Assembly: GCA_044892525.1 (NCBI GenBank)
Contig: CM097885.1
Coordinates: forward strand, 18,664,001-18,728,000
Direction of reading: 5' to 3'
From: Schmidtea polychroa
Lineage: Eukaryota
Length of the DNA: 64,000 nt
Part shown: in pieces, positions 11,301 to 23,132 of the stretch
How positions within the stretch are numbered: position 1 is the stretch's first letter
Layout: every line of letters starts with the position of its first letter
Position numbers and translations under genes: made by a program
Notes under the pieces: generated by a model
Told to the model about the DNA's origin: nothing
Seen by the model: only the letters and a program-made list of their open reading frames with translations
Database searches by the model: none

Positions 11301-11917
11301 ATACAGATTCTTTTTTCCTCGAAGTCATTAACTGCAAACTTGAGGTTCTTTTACCTGCAATGGTTCGAGATAATTTATTGGATACTTCCAATTACAATAG
11401 TTGTCATTCCTTATATAGTAAGAACCTTGATTCAGTCATTGGAAAGTTCAAAGACGAGAATAAAGGTCTTAAATATAAGGAGTGGGTTTTTCTTAGACCT
11501 AAATGTTATAGCTTGTTGAGTGATGAGGAAACAAAAAAGGCTAAAGGTGTAACATTGAAAGGTAGTGACATAAAACATCAGTCATACCTGGATTGTTATA
11601 ACACTAACCAGATTTTTTCGGTTCCTCAGACTAAAATAACAAGCAAAAATCATCAAATTTTTACAATTAAAAACACAAAAATAGCACTAACTAACAAAGA
11701 TGACAAAAGGGTTTGGGTGGGGAAAAATACTAGTCTTGCATATGGGCATGTAAGATTAAGTGAATTAAATATTGGAGAAAATGTTGGAGAAATTGTTGCA
11801 GAAAATGTTTCAGAAAATGTTGGAGAAAATGATGGAGAAGATGAGGAAGAATTAAATGAAGATTTTGGAGAAGATGACATCGATATCGATGACGTTATTT
11901 TGTCCGATGAGGACTAA
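8336..11917 (+). CDS. Protein-primed family B DNA polymerase (Polinton pPolB), right copy; 5' part cut off by in-frame TAA at 8291-8293
   Basis: Exonuclease motifs YADFE, HNLKGYD, FIDS, KGIFPY and YLKLD. Polymerase motifs RGG, DINNLYG, KLLNNSLYGK, GDTDS, KCY and KAKG. Endonuclease VII-like Zn insert CYLC..DHDHFTG..GAACSTCN. N-terminal INIKNTDDSCFLYS...FHY segment typical of Polinton pPolBs. AATAAA at 11926. Confidence 0.95.
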   Translation: MPFVESNDGLVVESHDGLVVESQVGLDNISLDSWDGLNIIQIGGNVPIIQKDLRGTHQILSLNTSDLNIKEIIFPEQLIIKLRDIINELGSVKIQFGITIEFEKDGEIKVNNISNYAKPLTASFFDEGIRELNEKISNITELGSSWIIKKITEIHFTITKISRLSRLSGRSFIELPTYLKNKYCLINIKNTDDSCFLYSILAILKYDEVSSYARNRTSSYNLSELIYNPLDLPMKLKDIRKFEAKNPGLIINVFSYDNNKQLIDNYVLKHPHLDIIHRSKVLNGTVINLLLLNKGNNFHYVAISNLNRLLNCGINTTCPTRIRSLWCHRCLNGFNNRNALEKHEILCKRNQLGTTLYTFPQNKFLQFTDWSKTVTPPFVVYADFEAILPSDNDHFQRHMPISAGLLLVNNFDGSKSYQQFIGLDCVESFLSAIEDIALNKVLPFYYKMGRKPMIKLTKIEQQQFINSTVCYLCLKSIVDPVRDHDHFTGKYFGAACSTCNVNRKINKILPIVFHNLKGYDMHHILKYGLNKFKNWNLGCIPITTEKFISLIAHLGKISLRFIDSYQFVNDSLAKAVKTLNSLPFTNSAFSGTIVSEKGIFPYNFATSLDILQTTYELPPIWEGVTELEYEKAQEIWVETNCVTLLDYMMIYLKLDCFLLADFFHQFRLKSIAHNRLEPLNYFEIPGMSWSSALMSLNEPIELITENEMFSFYEGGIRGGLTFVNKHYVKTDENTELLYIDINNLYGWALSQSLPCGEFCWVLDGFDKIMDECRNLNLESLSYGYTLEVDLVIPSELHDKLDDFPVAAEKMKPAGSKVEKLLLTHLPKSNYVIHWRLLKLYLELGVKVTRVNRGVRFKQSPIFKKYIDTNTELRSKSVNSLDKNYYKLLNNSLYGKTVENLKRRMNLRLCTTAGKLVKYSSKPTFKKSIKIADNLIAALLNSDSICLDRPSYIGQSVLDLSKLRMYELQYKDLESFRSEFNCKINIVAGDTDSFFLEVINCKLEVLLPAMVRDNLLDTSNYNSCHSLYSKNLDSVIGKFKDENKGLKYKEWVFLRPKCYSLLSDEETKKAKGVTLKGSDIKHQSYLDCYNTNQIFSVPQTKITSKNHQIFTIKNTKIALTNKDDKRVWVGKNTSLAYGHVRLSELNIGENVGEIVAENVSENVGENDGEDEEELNEDFGEDDIDIDDVILSDED

Positions 11918-12104
11918 TTTTATTGAATAAATTTTATATCTTTACATTTGTTATTTGGTAAATTTTTATGTTTGTTATGTGTCTAGTTCATTTTTATGTG
12001 TTTAGTTAATGTTTATATGTTTTGTTATGTGTCTAGTTATTTTTATGTGTTTAGTTAATTTTTTATGTGTTGTATAGTATTTGGTTGATATATTATTAAT
12101 ATTA

Positions 12105-12163
<59 letters not shown>

Positions 12164-12399
12164 TCATAAAAATTTTCATTAAAAATTATCTTAAAAATTA
12201 TTCTATTAAAATTTCCATTAAAAATTACCATTGAAAATTATTCATAAAAATTTCTATTAAAAATTACTTAAAAAATAATTCATTAAAATTTCCATTAAAA
12301 AATTTCAATTCTCAAACACCTTCTATTTTTGTTAATAAATTTAAAAATCTTACTTTAATTTACTTATTACATTACTTTAATTTACTTATTTAAAAATTA

Positions 12400-12625
12400 T
12401 TACTTTAATTTTAAAATTTTTGACCTTAATTAACTTTAATTTAATTTTTAGAACCATAATTTACTTTAATTTTAAAATTTTTGACCATTATTTACTGTAA
12501 TTTAATTTTTAGAACCATTATTTACTGTAATTTAAAATATTTGGACCATTATTTACTTTAATTTAATTTTTTAGAACCATTATTTACTTTAATTTAAAAA
12601 TTTGGATCATAATTTACTTTATTTT
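12400..12625. repeat. ~30-bp subterminal tandem repeat (GACCATTATTTACTGTAATTTAA...), same family as the element 2 arrays
   Basis: Direct sequence match to 39170-40630. Confidence 0.85.
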
Positions 12626-13064
12626 AAAAATTTACTATGCGTTTTTTAATGTAAACCACCTTTTCTATTGAAATTCTCATGACCAAGAAGATCCCCTCAC
12701 TATAGTGTGAAAAATCCATGCTTTTTTATTGAAGACTACCTTTTTCTATTGAAATTCTCAGGACCAAGGAGACCCACCCAAATAATATTTATCCTTGGCT
12801 TGTTTATTGAAAAAAAAAAAAAAAAAAAAAAAAAATTTGTATTTAAAATCCCAGAAAACATTGGGCATTACGGCAACAATTATGTAATCAAAAAATGTCT
12901 ACGGAAAAAGTTATGCAATCAAAAGTTTGCAACATTTTTTACCCCCCCCCTATTGCTGCCGTAAGCCACTAACTACCTCCTATGATAATATTTTTTTAAT
13001 TTCATTTTGTGAATTTTTTAATTAAATAAACATATTTATAGTAATAATCAAGCAACATTTACAC

Positions 13065-13391
13065 CATAGCTATTCAATTAGATTTTGTCATGGGCCAAAC
13101 TAGATAAATCTGAAGATGCTGGCATGCCAGAAGCTCGGAGGAGGGGTTTGGAGAGGTGGACGATGAGAACATTCAAAAAATGTTTTAAAATGATAAAGGT
13201 GAAAGGTGCATTTTGGAAGCTTTTAATAATGAATTAAAAATTTACAATGTAAATTATGGAATTTAATCAATGTGAAAATGATGGGAAAATGAAATATATA
13301 TATATATATTATAGATTTAAGAAATCCTTAAAATTTTGACATAGTTCAACGAGCCAAATTGGTCCCGCAGGCCGCCAATTGAATAATACTG
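13065..13391. mobile_element. hAT-type MITE
   Basis: Imperfect TIRs CATAGCTATTCAATT / AATTGAATAATACTG. 8-bp TSD ATTTACAC/ATTTACAT. Subterminal GGTCCCGCAGGCCGC. Confidence 0.65.
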
Positions 13392-14151
13392 ATTTACATC
13401 ATAATTTTCATTGAACAACTAAAACAACCATGTGGTAATTTTTTTTCATCAGAAATTTATTTAGTTTTGTAATTGATTATAACAAGAAAAAACCACAGAT
13501 TATTTTAAAAAAATAATTTGCCAATTAAAAGTTTTTTTTTCAAAATTGGAATTAATTAATTTTAATTTAGAACGTGATGAAATTTATAAATTAAAACAAA
13601 ATCTTCATTTAATCATAATTTTCTATTTTAAATTTTATCAAAAATAGTTAATGAAAATTTAAACACGTAAACTCCAATTAGTTTGGTTTAGATGTATTTT
13701 TTCCTTCGATCCGTTGAAGCAGACAAATAATATTTTATGAAAGGGAAAATAGAAATCATAATTTTCATTGGTTTATTATTTATATATTCTGATCCATCTC
13801 AGGGGACGATCGGATATTTTATGGATCAAATAAATATGACAAATAATAATATGACAAAAAATAATAATCTTTTTTCCATATACTTTAGATTTTATTTGAA
13901 ATTATGTATTCAAAAGAGATAAATAATATTTAAAAATAAATAAATTTTTATGTAAAGTTTTTCAGTATGTAAAATCCTTGAAAGAATAAAGAGTTTTCAT
14001 ATTTGCATTATTTGTATTATAATATATCATCAAGCTTCTGAAATATATTATAAGACGGTTTTAATGAGGTCTAGAAAATAATAATAATTATAATTATATA
14101 TAGGAACCTAATTATTGTATGTATTCATGTAAAACATAATAATTTTAATGA

Positions 14152-14293
<142 letters not shown>

Positions 14294-14639
14294 TGAGAAT
14301 TAAGTTTTTTTAATTATTACTAGATAGAAAAGTCGACTTTGAAATAAATAAAGTCATTTTGTAGAATAAATTAAAGTATTGTTATTTTAAAGAAAATTTA
14401 ATGATGATTCGACTATAATAGAACAAAAATTGATGCTATGTGACAAAAATAATGAGCCAATTTCTTTTTATATAATACATTTGAGACAAAAACAACAATC
14501 CACATACACTCAATTTAACAACAATAAAACTTTTTAAAACATTCTAAACACAAGTGTTCACAGTATTTTATAGATGGTTAACTTATTAAATGATACTAAT
14601 AATTATTAAAAATTTTAAAATCAGACAATTCTTGAAGTG

Positions 14640-14775
14640 TTCACAAATAATAGTTCATCCCCTCTGTCGACAATTCAATAACTCGAGTACAGAGATGACG
14701 AGAAGTTTCTCCAATGTTTGTAGCATTGCATTCATTACATGTAAATTGATAAACAAAATCAAATCACAATTCATG
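14640..14775 (-). pseudogene. Penelope-like GIY-YIG endonuclease fragment
   Basis: Minus strand reads FVYQFTCNECNATNIGETSRHLCTRVIE. Paralogous to 43260-43340. Confidence 0.8.
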
Positions 14776-15559
14776 CATTTTTTTATTTTAAACATCTTTT
14801 ATAAGTGTGGTCAATAATATAAATGGACTTGATTAAAAGAAAAGTTACAAATTTATAATTCATCTTTTTATAAAAAATATATTTTAAATATAATAATAAT
14901 AATTTTTTTGTTTTATAGTATTGTTCGGTTATTCTTAAGTTATTAAAAGTTTGAGATTAGTTTTCATGGATTACATGTAATATTGAAATAACTTTATGTA
15001 ATCATGACCCTCAAAATCTCGAATATGATATGAAGGGGTTTAAGGCTTATGTTCATATATCGTCCTTTTTACTTTTTACTAATTTGTTGGAAGATACATT
15101 TAAAAATAATATGAATGGCATGCAATAAACTAAATAAATTATTATAAAATTATTATAAAAAAATAATATTTTACTTAATTTATGTCAACGAAAATAAATA
15201 ATTATTTATTAAAATAAAAAATTCGAAAAAATAATTTTAATATTCAACTTCCGTGTAAAATAGCAATAAATTTTTGACATAAAATATTCACAATGAATGA
15301 ATGGATTGTCTCATTGACTATCAAAAAAGAGAAGATTAAAAAACATAAATTATATCATTTAAAATAATTTTAACCAATCAAACAATTGAAAAGAATAATG
15401 TTAACATTAATCTCCTTGGTAATATTGAAAGAGGTACATTTATTTAGATTTTTTTGTTTTAATCCAATTGGTTACATGTAATCCAATACAAACAAAACAA
15501 TCTTTCAGATATTTCCCCTCAAATATTTGAATCATATTTTTTTTAATTTTACTCCTCCG

Positions 15560-16801
15560 ATGTTGTTCTATGAGTTTTCTAATTCTTGTTCGGAAAATCT
15601 CACGAACGCAACCGTCGACGAAATGGTGTTGCGCTTTAAAACTCAAGAATGGTACTTGATGTTGGCAATTCTTCCTGTCAGTGTTTTGGCATTTTTAGCC
15701 AATTCAATTTCTTTGATAATCTTTTCAAAACAATATTTTGACAATAGTGCAGTTAAATTTAATTTGGTATCAATTTCCGTTTCGGAAATCGTTTTGCAAT
15801 TAGTTGTTGTTTCGGAGGTCATCATAGTGTTAGGAGGTGTGGAGGATGTATGGAAATGGAAAGAAATGCTGACTACCTCTGTAATCCATATGTCTCTAAA
15901 TGCTATGTTTTCAATTCGTAATTGGAATGTCGTCCTTATATCTGTTGCAAGGTGTGAAGTGGTAATTAGTCCACTTTCCTTGCGAGGCAGACTTATATTT
16001 AATAAAATTGTCCTAAGAATTCTAACAACATTAATTATTGTAATATCTGTTGTCCTTGCCTGTTTAAATATTCTAAAAGATAAAGGAATTATTTGTGTAA
16101 ATTTAGATTGGTTCGTCACAATAGTTGGATTTCTGAATCAATTTGAAGCTTATAGTTATTTTGATATTTACGGGATCTTTATGTTCCAATCATGTTTGCC
16201 TGTAATTTTCATTTGTATTTCAACTTTCATAATTGGTTTCAAACTGAGAGAAACTCCAATGAAAAATAAGCTTCTCTCTAAGGGTCCATTTCTATACAAA
16301 GACAACGGAAAGGTTTCCAAACAAAAGATTCCTAAATCCTCGAAATTCTACAACAGAGGAATTTTCAAACCAAAATTCCAACCTCTTCAACCCAATGTAT
16401 CAGCAATTACCGATGAGAACCGTAAAGGAAAGCTAATATCTTCCATTTCTTTAATCAAAAACCGTATTCGGACAAGTTATTTGGTTTTGTTCTTGTCATT
16501 GATGTTTTGTTTGCTGCAAATCCCCACATTCATCATTACTTGTGTCCTCAGATTTCATCCAAATCTTGATTTTGAAATCCACCCAGATGTATTTTCCAAC
16601 AGTTTATTGGTAATAGATTCCTTTTTGAATTTTTTTGTTTATGCCGCCAGCAGCAAGAAATTTCGGTATTCAGTTCTGAGACTCTTTGAAAGATTTTGGT
16701 CGAATTCAAAATCTGATACAATTAAACGACAATATCTCAATTCAACTGTGCTGGAGAAGTGTAACAGAGCGGATGAAAATTCAAATATTTCCCCTGAATG
16801 A
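15560..16801 (+). CDS. Intronless class A (rhodopsin-like) GPCR, peptide-receptor-like orphan
   Basis: Seven hydrophobic segments, N-terminal N-glycosylation sites, TM1 AN, TM3 ARC (DRY variant), TM6 FCLLQIP, TM7 NFFVY and helix 8 FR. First ATG is at 15560 (the ORF track starts at TTG 15527). Confidence 0.88.
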   Translation: MLFYEFSNSCSENLTNATVDEMVLRFKTQEWYLMLAILPVSVLAFLANSISLIIFSKQYFDNSAVKFNLVSISVSEIVLQLVVVSEVIIVLGGVEDVWKWKEMLTTSVIHMSLNAMFSIRNWNVVLISVARCEVVISPLSLRGRLIFNKIVLRILTTLIIVISVVLACLNILKDKGIICVNLDWFVTIVGFLNQFEAYSYFDIYGIFMFQSCLPVIFICISTFIIGFKLRETPMKNKLLSKGPFLYKDNGKVSKQKIPKSSKFYNRGIFKPKFQPLQPNVSAITDENRKGKLISSISLIKNRIRTSYLVLFLSLMFCLLQIPTFIITCVLRFHPNLDFEIHPDVFSNSLLVIDSFLNFFVYAASSKKFRYSVLRLFERFWSNSKSDTIKRQYLNSTVLEKCNRADENSNISPE

Positions 16802-16837
16802 CTAATAAACAGTTTTTGTTATTTTAAGAATTTTACT

Positions 16838-16946
<109 letters not shown>

Positions 16947-17298
16947 GGCAAATGATGAGACAAACACGAATACAATAATATAAAATTGATCGGTATTAAA
17001 GAAATACAAACTAATTTATTAATTTATTGCAATAAACAAACAAATTAAATTAGGAACAGACTTCATGTATTTGATTGCAAAATTTCAGCTTGTCAAGCGA
17101 AAACAAAATAATTAAAATTAATAAGGATCTATGTGGGTTTCTTGTAGGGTGACAATTTGATTATCAATTGTGACAAGGAAAGAATTCACTATAAAAAGAA
17201 TTAACTCAGTCAAAGTGCCATTCTAGTCAAAGAAACATATGAGAAAATAAAGCGTAAAAAGTTTAAAATTTTGATAAAAATGAGAAAGAGATTTTATC

Positions 17299-17836
<538 letters not shown>

Positions 17837-18906
17837 GGTATTATGGAAATATTAATCAACAATAGCAGGAGTTACTAAAAGAAAATAATAATAATCTATA
17901 ATGCTACAAAATATTTTAAATATTATTATTTCTTTTTAATAAACTGTAATTTTTAATCTTACTCTTCTTGTTTTAATTAATCAATGTCTTAATTTTCATT
18001 GATTTTACATTAGAAAGATGTTTTAAAATTTACATTTTTTAGTCATAATTATATTTTTTAATTAAAATAAAAATTAATAAATAAATAGTCATGTGTAATG
18101 ATGTGTAAAATAAAATTATTCTCATTTATAGAGATTAAGAGTCACAAGAGAAGTAAAACCCTTTGGTAAAATGTGGTCATTTCTTTTATTTTGAATAACA
18201 TTAATGACACCAGCAATGCTAGAAACTTTGGGGATATTATGATTAATTTTACACTGAAAATAAATAAAAGTTCTGAAACCTTCAGATGTCTCAATATTAT
18301 TACAAAGAATTTACGATTGATAAACTTACCGAAAGTGAACTACTCTAATCATCTTGAAGATGATAAACCTTTCAAACTTTCTTTAACTTTTAAATTGTTT
18401 TAACTCATGCAATCCATTCCCCATACTTCTTCATTATTTTATCATCCACGATCATTACCATTTACTAGTAGCTTTAGTATATTAAATATTTTTTTAAATT
18501 TTTACATCCTCAGTTTGACAGAATGTTTTCCTGTCTGTCTAAACGGATTTTTAATAATTAATGGAATCAACAAAATTTTCCTCAATCAATTAATTCATTT
18601 GTAATTTAAAGTTACATCTTTTTGGGACCCCAACCAAATCATATTAAACTTATTAGATAAGTCTTTCTCTCTTCAATTGCTACCATTTTTCACCCCTCCC
18701 CTTCCAAAAAAAATTGATTTTAACTTTTTGCAATTTCATTAAGTATTTTTTTTAGAAATAAAATTATGAAATAAAATTACCTTAATGATGATAAAATAAC
18801 GAACAATGATGAAATTGACTAAGATAAATTTAATAATTCAAATGTTGATCAAAATGGTAATAATTAATTACTATAAATAAACGGAAATTAATAATTTCCC
18901 TTTTAA

Positions 18907-19140
18907 CCCATTTGTAGCCAGCGTTCCTAAATGGGAATAATTAGAAATAATTGTATATTTTACAGAATATTTTCAAATGGGTGCCAAAATGTGTACAAAT
19001 GATAAATTTTTACCGTAATATAATTTATATTTCACAGATATCCTAGTTTCACTTGGAGATTTAATATTTTGTTTATAAAGGTTTTGTCAACTGCTATAAG
19101 TTTATATTTAAAGGAGTAAAATAATCCGGTCATAAATGGA
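18907..19140. mobile_element. piggyBac-like MITE
   Basis: TTAA on both sides. TIRs CCCATTTGTAGCC / GGTCATAAATGGA. Confidence 0.55.
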
Positions 19141-21104
19141 TTAATATCAACACAGATTATATATTGCATTTATTAAAATATTGACTATAAACCAGTAAAG
19201 ATATCGATGTTTTTTTTATATTAACAAATTTTCGACACAGACTTTTTCAAATAAAATAAACACGCGATAAAACACACTGTAGTGCCTCTGACTTCCACGT
19301 TAATAAAAATATCAACTTAATAATTAAACTTTAAATATATTCTTAAATAAACTCGGTAAAGATTTTATTAATAAAAATCGCCATTCGTACATCTTTTTCA
19401 CTATATATTTCGATAGTTATATAGTTATTCATTCGTTGTGAATGTAGTTTACCTGATGATGATAGTGGTGCTATCGAAATATATAGTGAAAAAGATGTAC
19501 GAATGGCGATTTTTAAATATATTATTAAAGTAATTAATTCAAAATTATTCATTCAAAATACTTTATAAAACAATTCGAACATCATTAAAATCAATAAAAA
19601 AAATATGCTAAACATTCGATAAGTTGAAACCTTTGTTTTCCTAGCTGCGATTTCTCTGTTGATGAGTTTGATCATTCTATTCAACCAAAGAAATTTTTTT
19701 AGAATACTAATTCGCGATTCTAGTGATTCTCATGATAAAGTTCGTTATGAGAGCCGGACTGACCCATCCTCTTTGATAAACAAAAATTATCTAAGGAAGA
19801 TGCACTTATTTTTATGCAAATCTAAATGAACTTGGAAAACATTTTCGATGCTATCATACTCTAAGAAAACTTTCATTTTGAGAAAGCTAAGAAAATTGTT
19901 TGTGAGTTTTAATTGTATATTAATAATAATAATTACCATATTTAAAATTTTTTTTAATTTTTTTTAAAAAGAAAGTTTGAACGATTTACTTGATAAATCT
20001 TTAAATTTTGTTAATATTTTTTTTAATTATTTAATAATTTTAACAATTAAAAATAACAATTAAAATCCACAGCAAAAGCATCCAGTAATTTAGAATGTAA
20101 AATTTTCAAAATTTGATAAAAATCTGCATAATAATTTGTAAAAAAAAGATATTTACTCATTTTTTTGGATGTAAATACTGGCAATACACTTCATAAAGCT
20201 TTTATATTTTACAACGCGGTGTAGCAGATTGAATCTGAAAGTGGTGCATCGTTTTTTGATGTTTTAATAAATTAAATTAAAAATAATAAAATGTTATTCC
20301 TTTTCCACGTTCACGTTAATGATTGTCGGTTAACGGTTAATTAACTTTTTGTTTTAATAGTTGGAATTGACTATAAAATTGTGAGAAATAGGAAAAGTGA
20401 GTTTACATTAAATTATCGATTTATTAAAATATTTTACTGGATATTTACAAATAAATAATTATTTATATTTTTTAGATCTGTGGTTTAAACAAAATATTTT
20501 GTCTTTGATTTGAAATGAAACAAATTTCAAGGAAACGAAGCTTCATAAAAATAATCACTTATGAAAATTATTATAATGTTTTTTGCAGTATAAAATCTGT
20601 AAATGAACAACCTGATGATCCCACCACATACACAACCTTCCTTCCATAAAGATCAGTCTGTGAGGTTTGTTGTGGTGATATTTGTATGTTTAGTAATTTT
20701 TTGCTTTGAATATTTTTATATATAAATCTATTTTCTGTAGATAAATATGATTTGTCACAATAGACAAGCTATCCTCTTTTGTTCTTTTCAAAAGAACGGG
20801 AAAACCCAGACATTCACCTTGCTCACTTTCCCAACGGCATATTTTTGCGTTTGATGTGTTGAGCTTGTTTTTGAATGTAATGCAACTTTTTAATGATTAC
20901 ATTTATATAAGTTTTATTTATTGTTTTAATATGCATTTTCTTTTACGTATTAGGGTAAGAATAGATTCTGTCATATATTAAACAGGTAATTTTGCTTAGA
21001 AATATAAAAACACTTGTTGCGAATAAATCACAGGTTTTTTTATTACCACTTGTTTTTATATCACTCATTAATTACATAGGATGTTTAGATTGGTAAAGAT
21101 GTGA

Positions 21105-22000
21105 GTGAATAAAGTACATTTACGACATTCTATGCTGTATGAGTGAAAGGAAGCCACTCACTAGTTACGTGTCGAAACTTGTATGAAGTATTTGGAAGAG
21201 ATTTTGTAAATGTTCTTACTTACCAAAGATGGTTTGGGGCATAATCCACATTTAACAACTACGGAAGTTGCAAAAGAGTTCGGTATTCATTATACAACTG
21301 TTGAAGACCATATTAAATCTCTTCAGTTTGTCTAAAAGCAAAGCATTTGGATCCAACACGAATTGACCGAAAAGAATTAATTTGATCGTGTAAAAATGTG
21401 CTTATCACATCTCATTAAACACAATGTGGAGTCGTTTTTTACGGCTGATCATTGGAGGTGAACATTGGATATTATACGTGAATAATAAGAGAAGAAAAGC
21501 TTACTGCAAACCTGGAACATTATCAGCAACTCTTGCAAAGCAAAAGTACTGCTCTGTTTGTAGTTGGATAATGAATGTATTACGAGTTTCTGAAACGTGA
21601 GGAAACTGTCAATGCGAATTGGTATTGCACCCAGGTCAATAAATTACATATATCAAGTAAGCAAAGCTACTATTAGCGTCCAGAAAAGGAATCGTAATCA
21701 ACCATGATAAACCAAAACTACATACTTCAATGGTGACACAACAAAAACATAATCCGTTGGGATAAGAAATTCTTAGCCATCGACTTTATTAACCTGACAT
21801 TGCTCTATCAGATTATTATTACATATTCAGATCTCTGTAAAATTATCTAACAATAAAAATATTGCATTCTTTTAAAAGTGTTTCTAAGGCAGCTGCTGAC
21901 TATTTTCATTCCAAAGACTAGAACCTTTACTGAAGAGGAATTGACAAGTTACCTTAACAATAGGAACAGGTTTTTACAGATAATGGAAATATATCACTGA
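21105..22000 (+). pseudogene. Decayed mariner (DD34D-type) transposase
   Basis: Fragments TTTEVAKEFGIHYTTVEDHIKSL, WIQHELTEKN, ETVNA..YC, HD..HTS.VT and PDIALSDYY..FRSL, with many stops and frameshifts. Confidence 0.85.
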
Positions 22001-22721
22001 AAGCAGTTGGTAAGGGACCCGCTAATTCACATACCCGGACCCCTTCCCCAAAAAAAGATTTTTTAATTATGTAGGTCAACTGAATAATTGTGTAGTTCAA
22101 CTGAAATTTTATGATTTTTTACGATTTTCAAGATTTTTCTCGTTATTTGAAGTTTTTATGTTAATTTCACCCACTTGAGCCCTTTAATATATCAATTCTC
22201 TTAAAATCCATAGAAAATTCTTCAAAATATGAATTTTATTTAATTGTTACAGTCACAAAACATTCTTTTATTGAAATAATTTAGTAGCTAAAGTCATGTA
22301 GTAAGAGCCCACTAAAAGATCAAAATTCACTAAAATCAATATTTTCTACAAATATTTCACCACACTTACCATCAAATACCTAAATAGAGATGATAATTTC
22401 TCATTGATTGATCATAATTCTTCATCGATTCAGCCAATTATAGCAATTATAACATGATATATCTTTCAAACTAAATCACAAATTTCAGTATAATATGATT
22501 TCAAATATATCATCATGATAAAATTAGTTGGTTTCAACTTTAGATTTTCAATATTTAAAAGTTCATCAATGTGTAAATGGAAATATTCTTAGAAAATATA
22601 TGAAAAAATTATTTAGTCAAATTCAATATCATTACAAAGTCATCATAAAAATTAAATTAAGAGTTGAATCAGCAATATTGTATATTTACCTGGCGCGAAG
22701 TGAAATCTTCGCGTCTCCTGC

Positions 22722-22770
22722 ATAATACCGATGAGAGCCAAAATCTCGTAACTAGTCTACTATTGGGATT
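22722..22770 (+). ncRNA. Degenerate minimal hammerhead-ribozyme-like motif
   Basis: CCGATGAG-AGCCAAAAT-CTC-GTAAC-TA-GTC versus the core CTGATGAG...CTC-GAAAC..GTC. Two core substitutions. Confidence 0.35.
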
Positions 22771-22800
22771 TGCACTGGGTATCAGAAAGCTTGTAATGTT

Positions 22801-22854
<54 letters not shown>

Positions 22855-23054
22855 CAATAAAATTATAATTTAAGCCTTTTGCTGCAAATAATGTATTTAA
22901 TGAAAGTATTTTCGACTATTTTCGAAAGAATTTTCGACAAGGACTATCTTATAGTCGAAAATTCTTTCATTAAATACATTATTTGCAGCAAAAGGCGTAA
23001 ATTATCATTTTATTGTTTTAAATAATAAATGCTGCTACCAAGAAATCATCATTT

Positions 23055-23132
<78 letters not shown>

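Larger units (their letters stand above)
1..12981. mobile_element. Palindromic Polinton/Maverick-like element 1 (left end outside window; predicted total ~14.1 kb), encoding only two inverted pPolB genes
   Basis: 1..~5487 is the reverse complement of ~6388..11874 (coordinate sum 11875, confirmed by mirrored ORFs). The right end ...GCCACTAACTACCTCCT (12981) matches the element 2 terminus ...GCCACTATCTACCTACT at 15/17. Subterminal repeats at 12160-12780 are shared with element 2. Confidence 0.85.

Noticed and set aside
22682..22697. U1 snRNA-like 5' end (ATATTTACCTGGCGCG)
   Set aside because: One mismatch to ATACTTACCTGG, and no convincing downstream U1 stem-loops or Sm site.
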